Assembly: GCA_027604505.1 (NCBI GenBank)
Contig: JADIIX010000110.1
Span: 1 to 64,000 of the forward strand
Length of the DNA stretch: 64,000 nt
Origin: Gonapodya sp. JEL0774
Taxonomy: Eukaryota
Reading direction: 5' to 3'
Shown: one piece after another, positions 36,495 to 46,949 of the stretch
How positions within the stretch are numbered: position 1 is the first letter of the stretch
Layout: each line of letters begins with the position of its first letter
Notes under the pieces: generated by a model
The model's input: the letters and a program-made list of their open reading frames with translations, nothing else
Databases searched by the model: none
Told to the model about the DNA's origin: nothing
Made by a program: the position numbers and the translations under genes

Positions 36495-39400
36495 TCCCGC
36501 ACCATGGCAACACTCGCCGCTTCCACCGTCACTCCCACGCTAGCCCAAGCAGCCCACGACCTCAAATACCCCCCGGGTCCCGAAATCAACGTGCAGAAGT
36601 GGAGTGAGTTGGGTTGTGGTTGCGGAAGTTGTTGTGTGTGTGATTGCGGGTTTGCGGGTTTGCGGTGGGCGGTCGTATTTTTTTGTTTCGGTGGAGGTGG
36701 TGTTGTCGGCTGGTGGTGGTGCGTCCACCAATGCACGTGCACATGGGACATGGGATATGGGACGGGGATCGCACGCGGCGCTCTGTTCCCTTGCCTTGCC
36801 TTGTCCTTGCCTTACCTCACCTTCCCTTCCCGTGTCTTCCCATCCCTTACCGCCCATCCCACCTCCCTCCCACCTTCCCTGCCCCCCCCCTCTAGTAAAA
36901 CAAAACTACACCCCCCACTCCACCGCGCCCACCTTCCTCGTCCGCACGCCGTCCCCTCGCACACAAGCCGTGTGGGCCAAGTGCACCGACCTGCTCGCGC
37001 AGGAGAGACAAAAGGGGGGCCTCTTGGACGTGGATTGGAAGACGCCCGGCACAGTGACCAGTCATGGGGCCGGTGAGTGAGGGGGGGTTCTGTCTGGGCG
37101 GTTTGGGGGGGGGGAGGGGGGGGGGGAGTGGTTTGGTGGTGGAAGAGCGGGAAATGGAACAAGTTGTGTGCAGTGGAGTCTGAAGCGAGTGGCATTTGAT
37201 TGGTCGGTCGACTCGGTGAGAGTCGGCCTGATCACTGATCACAGATGGACCGATGCGTGGATGTATGGAGACCATCTCCTTGCCGCGAATGGGTGTTTCC
37301 CCATCCTGCCGTGCCGCCGTCCCCCTGTGCTGTGCGCTGTTTGTGGCTCACCTCTCGTGCCCCTTCCCAACCATCCCCCATCCCCCGACCTCGTACGTAC
37401 GTCCACACCGCCACCGCCACCGCCACCGCGCACGCCCCACCCAACCACCCAACCACGCACCCACCCCCAGGCTACATCGACAAAGCCAACGAAGTCATCG
37501 TGGGCCTGCAGACCGACGCGCCGCTCAAGAGGGCCATCAAGCCGTTTGGGGGACTGGGGATGGTGAGTGTGCTGGGCACGATGCATGTGCGGGCTTTCGG
37601 CTCATTCTTTTGTGTTCTTCTCCCCCCCCATTGCTTCCGCCCGCCCCCCGACTCTCCCCCATAGGTCGAAGGCGCCCTCAAGGCCAACAACTACCCCATG
37701 GACCCTCTTGTGCACGAAATCTTCTCCAAGTACCGCAAGACCCACAACGAGGCCGTGTTCGACGTGTACACGTCCGAGATGAGGATGGCAAGGAGTAACC
37801 ACATCGTGACGGGATTGCCGGACGGGTACGGCAGGGGGAGGATTATTGGGGATTGTGGGTACTGCGTTGAGGAGGAGGGGGGGGGAAGTCGGAAGTGTGT
37901 GGTGGTGGCGCCCCCTCGTCGGGCTCTTGTTCTCATTCATTCCGTGGCACTCCCCCGTCAACACCACCCACCAACCCACCCAACCCACCCTACCCACCAA
38001 ACCCACCGCCCCCCCCTTCCCCCAGACCGCCGGGTCGCCCTGTACGGTGTCGACGCGCTGATCTCGCAAAAGCTTGCCGACAAGCACGCCCTGGGCCCGG
38101 TCTTCACGGACTCCAACATGATTGTCCGCGAGGAGATCGCCGAGCAGATCAAGGCGCTCAAACAGCTGAAGGAGATGGCCAAATCGTACGGGTTCGACGT
38201 GTCGAGGCCCGCGAAAGATGCCAGAGAGGCCGTGCAGTGGACGTATTTTGGGTACTTGGCCGCCGTCAAGGATCAGGGTGGGTAGTGGGGGTGGGGCGGA
38301 GGGCGGGGGGCGGGGTATTGGTTATGGGGGAGGAGGGGGGTGGACTGAAACCGTGAACAACGCATCAAACGGCTCACCCACCTGTCTGTGCGTTCTTGAC
38401 TGGATCGTGGGGATCTTTCTCACCCTTGCGATCTCTCCCACTCCGCATTCCACTGCCCCCCCCCTCCTTCCCCCCCCCCACAAAGACGGCGCCGCCATGT
38501 CCTTCGGCCGCGTGGACGCCTTCTTCGACGTGTACATCGAGCGCGACATCGCCGCCGGGAAACTCACGGAGGAAGAGGCCCAAGAGCTCATCGACCAGCT
38601 CGTGATCAAGTTGAGGCTTGTGAGGCATTTGAGGACGCCCGAGTATAACGGTGGGTAGGACAAGTGGTGGGGATCAGGGAAGGGAGGAGGGAGGGGTGTG
38701 TGTGGATAGGGGGACAAGGGATAGGTGGTGCGCGGGCAGGGCACGGGTTCTTGTTTTCTCGTTCGTCGTTCGATCGGCTGTGGATGTTGTTTCTAATTTT
38801 TGTCCCTTATGTTGTGGTTTGCTTTTCCGTGTATGTAGATCTCTTTGCCGGTGATCCGACCTGGGTCACCATGGTCATCGGTGGAGTGACCACGGACGGC
38901 CGGTCCATGGTCACCAAGACCGCTTACCGTATTCTCAACACGTTGTACACACTTGGACCTGCTCCGGTATGTGGTGCTGCTTTCTGCTTCTGTTTTCACT
39001 ACCTCTCGAATCCGCTCGGTGCTGACGGTTTCGTCGGGGGTGATCCGCACTCCTCCCTCCCATCCCACGCAAACCCCCAGGAACCCAACCTGACTGTCCT
39101 CTGGAACGACTCCCTCCCTGCCGACTTCAAACTCTTCGCGGCGCACACCTCGATCGACACGTCCTCGGTGCAGTACGAGAGCGACGCCCTCATGTGCGAA
39201 AGGTACGGAGACGACTACGCCATCGCGTGCTGTGTTAGCGCCATGACGGTCGGGAAGGATATGGTAAGTTTGGGCTCGGACTGGTGGGAGGGGGGGCTGG
39301 AGCGGGGGGGTGCCCGGGGGGGGTCCGGGGCTGAGGGAGAGCCCGTTGGATGGGCGTTGTAGAGGGTGTTACTTTTTTTTTTGTGTCGGTTGGTTTGACT

Positions 39401-41067
39401 GACTCCGTTCGTTTCTGTCGCCCAGCAATACTTTGGTGCCCGGTGCAACCTCGCCAAACTCCTCCTGTACGTGCTCAACGAAGGTCGCGATGAAGTGACG
39501 GGCAAGCAGGTTGGACCCGGATGGGGTCCTCTCTCCACCGGCGACGGTGCGCTCGACTTTGACGAGGTGTACGCCAAGTACGACAAGGCTATGGATTGGC
39601 TTGCGGCGTGAGTTGTTGTTGTCGCTCCACTTTGCGTGGACCTGGGATGGAAGGATTCGTGGGTTGACAATTGCGCCGTGCCAGGTTGTACGTCAACACC
39701 ATGAACGCGATTCACTGGAGTCACGACAAGTACTCGTACGAAGCGGTGCAGATGGCCCTTCACGACACCAAAGTAAGTTCGTCCGTGTTGCTCCATGTGG
39801 GAACAGTGATCCTAGTGTTAACGTCACCTGTCCACTTTCACTCCCAAGGTGCGCCGCCTCATGGCTTTTGGCATCGCTGGTCTGTCGGTCGTCGCAGACT
39901 CACTCTCGGCCATACAGAACGCCAAGGTGTACCCGATCAGGGACCCCAAGACTGGTCTGACAGTTGATTTCCGCGTGGAAGGAGGTGAGCCTGCCGCAGG
40001 ATTCTGGAACCTCGACTTTCAACGACAAGACGAGACTGACTCAATTGATTGTCTCGCCAGAGTTCCCCAAGTTTGGTAACGACGACGACAGGGTTGACAG
40101 GTTCGCGGCTGAGATTCCAGAGACTTTCCATGCGAAGCTCCAAGTCAACCCCACTTACCGCAGTGAGTGTAACACTATTATTTTGCTCTCAAATGCGAGT
40201 TTCTGTGCGAGCTCAATAATTTGCTACCTTGCAATAAAAGATGCGGTCCACACGCTCTCTGTCCTGACCATTACGTCAAACGTCGTCTACGTGAGCTCCA
40301 TACGTTTGAATCTTTTAACTCTTTCCCCCGGTTTAAATTCTTCCATCTTTCCAACCAGGGAAACGCCACCGGTGCCACTCCAGACGGTCGTAAGAGGGGT
40401 CAGCCATTCGCTCCAGGATGCAACCCAAGTAGGTACTTCGCAGCAATCTCCTTGTCGGTTGTAACGTGCATGTGACACTTTTTATGCTCCTTTAGTGCAC
40501 GGTCGTGAATTCTCGGGAGCAATTGGTGCGTTTCTCTGATCTGTCGAAGAAACCGTGCAGCAGAAATCTGCGTGCTAACTGCGGCCGTTACTTCTGACAA
40601 TTAGCGTCTCTAAACTCGGTGGCGAAAGTCCCTTATGATGCTTGCCGCGACGGAATCTCAAACACCTTCACGCTGGTGCCGAGTGTTCTCGGGCATCTTG
40701 CGGAAGAAAGGAACGCCAAGTAAGTTCAGTCTTCTACTTTTGAGCTTGTCGTTGCATCGTGAACTTTGTTTTGCTTGCTGTCCAAAAGCCTCGCCGCTAT
40801 TCTTGATGGTTACTTCCAGCAACACGCTTTTCACGTCAACGTCAACGTCTTGAAGCGCGAAACTCTCGAGGATGCCATGGCTCACCCCGAAAACTACCCC
40901 AACCTTACCATCCGTGTGTCTGGCTATGCTGTGAACTTCACCCGCTTGACACCGGCTCAACAACGCGAGGTCATTGCCCGCACGTGAGTGAACCGACCAA
41001 GTTTTTTGTTGAGGAACCGTCACCTGAAAGTCTCTGCGTTGTCAGCTTCCACGACCACATGCACTGA
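35731..41067 (+). CDS. pflB: Pyruvate formate-lyase (glycyl radical enzyme); core starts at ATG 36504, with an optional upstream presequence exon 35731-35943
   Basis: [79 protein letters not shown] (active-site CC), [15 protein letters not shown] (glycyl radical loop), VIARTFH. All junctions checked are GT-AG and in frame. Confidence 0.96.
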
Positions 41068-41438
41068 ACCGTTTGCTCGCGACGGTATAGATCGGTCACA
41101 TGTCAGCGTTTTTCCCTTTTCTGAACCACTCAACAAGAATAAGCATTTCGTTTCATGTCGCAAATTTCTTTCGATCTTCAGTGTAATCTGTAAATTAGAC
41201 CTTAAAAACAAGTATGATCCAAATTGTTGGTTGACCACCGGCGAAGAAAGTCCGTGCCACTTCCAGTTCCTGGGTGGTGGAGGCGGGGGAGAGATCACAA
41301 AGACGATTACCGTCATCAACATCTCATTAACAGCAGCTCATCAATCGTACACAAAAGGTCGCACACACTATCCCCCTACGAGTGGATTGCAGCCCTGCCG
41401 ACCATCTTTTACTACTCATCAGCAGCCTCGTACGGCAA

Positions 41439-42229
41439 ATGGATACACCCGCGGAAGATGATCTGTCGGTCATCCTCACAACGCAAGAAGGATTTGAGAA
41501 CTTCTGGCACTTCCTCGAGAAGGAAGTTGCTGTTGAGAACCTGATGGTGGGTTGGTTGGATCGCTTCATCAAATTGGGTTTGTCAGGAGGACCAACCCAT
41601 TGCCCGCCTTTAGTTCTGGAGAGAAGTTGAAGACTTCAGAGCGTACGCTGAAAAGGTGAGTCTGAGCATGGATCTACAATATCGAGATTCGTTGTTGCGT
41701 TCGTTGCGTTGGCTGCCATCTTCACCGCCAGCTGCCTGTCTCTGTTTACATACTTCACCAGGTTGTCCAATCCGCCAAAGACCGCGACGACATTGAATCC
41801 TCAGCACAAATTTTAATTCGTCGAGGACGCCCAATATTCGAAGAGTACCTCACTGCGGGATCCCGATACGAAGTGAACTGCCCGTCGTGGCAGCGAGCTC
41901 CCTTGCGGATGCTCTTCGAAAATCGAAAAGCTGGAACCCATCGAAAGCCCGCTCTCGAGGATTCCTTGCGAAAAACTACTGCCACTCGAATGAAGGATAC
42001 TGACTCGGATAGCATTTCCGTCAAGGATTCGGACAGGGATAGCCTTCGAAGTGTTGAGTCCATTGCTGCCGGCACCGAACGAGCTAAAGCTACGCCGGCA
42101 ATGTTCGACGCATGCCAAGCAGAAGTCTACAAAATGATGAATACCGACCTACGTCCCCGGTTCCTCAAGAGTCAGCACGGAGCAGCATGGAAGAAGGCGC
42201 GAGCCGAGAAGGGAACGTGGGAGCAATAA
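41439..42229 (+). CDS. Small RGS-domain protein (multi-exon)
   Basis: IL...EGFENFWHFLEKEVAVENLM/FWREVEDFR, IFEEYLTAGSRYEVN, MFDACQAEVYKMMNTDLRPRFLKS. Confidence 0.85.
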
Positions 42230-42738
42230 GAACTCCTTACATTATCATGTGCTCAAATAGAACCAGATATTTCGTGGGTAACTCCAGGGAGCTGATCCCC
42301 ATTCACTTCATGTTTGCCGGTCGCGAGTAGAGTTATCGTAGAATCGTAAGCACACGAATAAAAGTGCCTCATGAGACGGAGGGAACGGGGGAAGTACACA
42401 CTCCGAAGATCCTGAAGACATTACATAAGAGGTTCAAGCTCATCTTCACATCTATATGACTCGGATGGCCGTTCGTGCCTTCATTGGGGCCGCCTGGCGG
42501 GGGGGGGGTGGGGGGGGAGGGGGTGGGAAGAAAGTGAGGAAAGTTCGGTCAAGTCAGTATTAATGTAGTAGTTTGTCCTTTTGTGGTCCTGTGAGCGCGG
42601 GAGCAGACTCTCAAAAAAGGAGCGGGTGCCGGGAGCAATTCCACGCACTGTAAATCCCCGCGTAAGTCTGTTACTAGAACTCCATCCATCGTTCCAACCC
42701 CCCCGGAAATCCCCGAAGCATTAAATACACTCTTCACA

Positions 42739-45117
42739 ATGGCACCACTCATTTCCGCTGTCGAGGTGCGCGCGAAACCAAATCTCCATCGCGCTTGATG
42801 GCATGACTCACAACCGCAGGACGGCCGTTCGTCTTCCCTAGGTATCGAAACACAATACCAAGTCAGATTGCTGGGTGATTCTTAACGGAGAAGTCTACGA
42901 TTTGACAAACTTCTTGCCCGAACATCCTGGTTCGTCCGCCATCATCTTACTCATTCCCGCTTGTGAGACCGATTCACACCATTGTCAAACTTCTTCCCTT
43001 TCACCCCCGTCTGACAATCTGCACGCGGACGTGTTGCTGCTCTTGTCATGCTAAAGCTGGTGCAAATATTATTCTGAAGTACGCGGGAAAAGATGGCTCG
43101 AAAGGTGAGACAAGGACGGGATCTTCACTGCTGCAGAAACACGATCGAGTTCATATCTCTGCTCTCGATGGTACACGCAATCCGACGACAACAGCTTTCA
43201 ACCCAATACACCCTTCTGACATCATCCAGAAGTTGCTGCCGGCAAATGTTCACAAGGGAAAGGTTGACCCGAAAACGATGGGAGCACAAGTCGTGGAGAA
43301 GCCCTCACAAGAGGAGTTGGACCGCCAGAAAATGGAAGCCAACAAGCCCCCTCTCTCGCAGATGCTGAATATGTGGGACTTTGAAGCGGTGGCCAAGCAT
43401 GTTTTGAAGAAGGAGGCTTGGGCGTACTACAGTTCTGGCGCCGATGACGAGATCACTCTCCGGTACGTATAGACGAGTTCCAGCCATCTTCTCAAATAGC
43501 CATGTTAAGCTTCCTCCACTCTCAGGGAGAATCATGCTGCGTTTGGCCGCATATGGTTGAAACCGCGTGTCCTCGTTGATGTGGCTCAAATCGACATGTC
43601 GACAACCATTTTGGGAGTGAAGACATCCATCCCGGTGGGTATGCTAAGTTCACTTTATGCGATTAACATAATGTCCTTAGAAAGGGAACGCTCTTCACAG
43701 CTCTACATCTCTGCAACTGCATTGGGCCGACTTGGGCACCCTGACGGCGAGTGCAACCTCACGAGGGCGGCATACACACACGATATCATCCAGATGATCC
43801 CAACTCTGGCGAGCTGCACCTTTGATGAGATTCGTGATGCTGCTCAAAAAGGGCAACCTCAGTTTATGCAGCTGTATGTGAACAAAGTAGGTACTGCATC
43901 AATTTCGAAGTCTGCTATGTACAATTAATGAGAATCTTATTTTACAGGACCGCAAAATAACGGAAGCAGTTGTTAAGAAAGCGGAAGCCGCCGGTTGCAA
44001 GGGCCTTTTCATCACTGTCGACGCACCGCAGCTTGGACGAAGGGAGAAGGTATCGTGATGCTGATGTTACCTTTTTGGGAGCCTGACTCATGTTCTATGC
44101 CGTCTCCCAGGACATGCGAATGAAGTTTGCTGACGCCGATGACACAGCCATCCAAAAGAGTGTTGGGGATCGTGTGGAGCGTAACCAAGGCGCTGCTCGC
44201 GCTATTTCTTCATTCATTGACCCCAGCCTGAAATGGAGTGACATAGCGTGGTTCAAGTCCATCACCAAAATGCCCATCGTCTTAAAGGGCGTGCAGTGCG
44301 CGGAAGATGCTGTACTTGCTTACCAACATGGATGCGCTGGCATTGTCCTCTCAAACCACGGTGGGCATTTTCATTGAAGCACCATACAGGAGGAGTACGC
44401 TCCCTAATATTTGATTCGATTGAACTCTTCAGGTGGTCGTCAATTGGACTGGGCTCGATCGGGTATCGAAATCTTGCCGGAAGTAATGGATGGTGAGTCT
44501 TTTGAATTAAAAAGTCCACAACGAGCACGCAGTAACAGTCTATTTAGCTCTTGACGCAATTGGTGCTCGTGACAAGCTTGAAGTTTACGTTGATGGTGGT
44601 GTTCGGAGGGCGACGGATATCCTCAAAGCCGTCGCTCTGGGCGCAAAGGCAGTCGGAATCGGTGTGTGCTTGGGATTCAGCCTCGTTCAAAACTTTTCTT
44701 CGCTGATCTCAAGACTTGCTTTTGGGGACCAGGTCGTCCACTCTTATATGCAATGTCGGCGTACGGCCAAGCCGGTGTAGAAAGGGCTCTGGACCTTCTG
44801 AAGGACGAATTGGAAATGAACATGAGGCTGATGGGCACTCCCACGATTAAGGACATTACAAAGTCGCACGTTATCACTGACAACCTGAACAAGGTATTGA
44901 ATAGGCTGGACTTCGAGGAAGTAATACACCGGATTAACAAAGCTCCACCCATTAATGCCCTTGCAGCACATTTCGTTTGTAGAAGACTTCAGCTTGAATG
45001 GTGTGGTGAGTACCAAACCATGAAGGTGTTTTCCAATCTTTTGAATTTTGAATGTTGGTTTCCGATTTCTCGGAACAGTACGAACGAGCACCTGTCAGTG
45101 GGATTCCGAAACTGTAG
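42739..45117 (+). CDS. Flavocytochrome b2-like L-2-hydroxyacid (L-lactate) dehydrogenase: cytochrome b5 + FMN domain (multi-exon)
   Basis: [86 protein letters not shown]; ends ...SGIPKL*. Confidence 0.92.
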
Positions 45118-45173
45118 ACATGGGGTATGAGCATTCTAATCTAGACATCACGGACTGTACTAGAGCATATGAA

Positions 45174-46635
45174 TCAATTCACTCGCTTGACATTCGAAAC
45201 GCACACCTCCTGACTGGCCTCTAAGGTGTCCATCGGTGGTTCTCGACCACCCCACTTCGGCCAATGTTTACTCAGAGTAAAGTCAGTCCGTTCTTCTTCG
45301 GACCAGTCGGCCCAATTGAAGCTTCCCACTCGCATACGGTTTCGAATGACCGGTGTCTCCACTGGTTTGCCCGTTTTGGGGTTCACGAATCCTGTGACTT
45401 CGTATTGCTCCTTTTTGATCCATGTTCCATACAAAAAGCGTTTTGGGATCAATGAATTCGCTCCGAAAACCTCAAACTTAAAATCCTCGGCGAGAATTCG
45501 CAGCAGGTCCCTTGTTCCTCTGCTCTCGAGCCTCTTCTGAGCTCCTCTCGACGATTGATCCAGTGTCCTCATGACTTCGGCCCGTGCTATTTGTTGGATA
45601 GCATTGCGGAAACCATCAAAATTGCTGCGCCAGAAAATACACTCCATGAGCTGAGAGTTCGTGGAGCAGGGGATGACACGGGCATCAAAGTAAGCAACAT
45701 GAGCGTTCATGCGCTCCACGACTAGTCGTGGGAGAGGTGGTGCCGCTCGGTCGAGCAGCTGAGTAATGAAGTTAGTATTGGGTAACCCAAGTATACATGA
45801 CTTTTGTTGCCCACCTCCACCTTCTGCAGTTCGGGGGGCAGATCTTCCAATATGGGAGCGCCCTTGAAGCATCTCTGGAGATGAAAATTGAATCTGGAGG
45901 AGGCGTATCCAGCCATTACCGAGGCCAATTTTTGCACACGTCCTGAGTATATGTGAGGCCGTTGCACTTCTCGACGTTCCATTTTGGGCTTTTTGAGCGG
46001 CGGAGCTTCTTTCACATTACCACCGTCGCCCACTGAGTCAATTCCTCCATCCCCTTCACCCTGTCGCTTTCGATTGTTAGTGCTAAGTCCAGATCGCTCA
46101 GCAGCCTGTTGAGATTCGTCTGCGAAGACAGTTGTAGCTTTTGGTGTTTCACTGGCGAGTTCTCCTTTGACATCGGGTCCCCTCAACACGGTGCACAAAG
46201 ACAGGTCTCCCATTACGGCAGGGAAGACAAGAGATATTTCGTCCGACTGCGTGTAGCCGCAACTCGCATTAAACTTCTCCACTAGGTCCACCGAAGTGGC
46301 AACCATTGCATTGGAGAGACGACGATCGAACGGGCGTGGTAGATCCTTGGTGAACGTCGAGAACGCAACACCATCGAGACGAATGACAAATGGTTGGGTC
46401 GGTGGCACGGCAGAATCCATTTCGTTTTCCAGCCCCTTTATTCTATTGTCGAGAGGAAGACGAGCACAAGATTTGTGAGAACCAAGAAACAGGTGGTGAG
46501 AAGTTGAGGGGACGCAAGGCATCAGACTGGAAAACCTCACTTTGTGGCGAGCTCGTCGGCATACATTGAGTTGAGAGCAGAGTACGCAGAATCGGGCATC
46601 CCGTACAGACGAGATTGTTGTTGCTGACTGCTCAT
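45174..46635 (-). CDS. Thg1-like protein (TLP; 3'-5' RNA polymerase family; multi-exon)
   Basis: RIKGLE, FVIRLDGVAFSTFT...PFD, GYTQSDEISLVF, GRVQKLASVMAGYAS, FDARV, WRSNFDGFRNAI, YGTWIKKE. Confidence 0.9.
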
Positions 46636-46949
46636 CTTGACACGTTTTGACGAATTCAAACGAATGGATTGGGACTGAAGAACGGACCGATTTCTTGAGT
46701 GATGCAGTGTGTCGCTGATGACGATGCCGCGAATGCGGGCGAGTTGTGAAGTCAAGGGAGATGCCGTTGTGGAAGTAGGCTGGGCACAAGAGCGAGAAAA
46801 AGGCGAAGTCTGGAAGTTGTGACTGAGTCGGTGGCAGCAGAGGACAAGTCAAATGGATCATAATGGACAAGGGACTGACTGTGGTCTGATCACCAAAGGC
46901 CACCAAAGAAAAGAAGTAATTTGAATCCCACCAAGCTATCACTCCAACA

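Noticed and set aside
24589..41067. Bacterial contamination as the source of the NHase and PFL genes
   Set aside because: All three genes carry multiple frame-restoring spliceosomal introns and are interleaved with eukaryote-specific genes.
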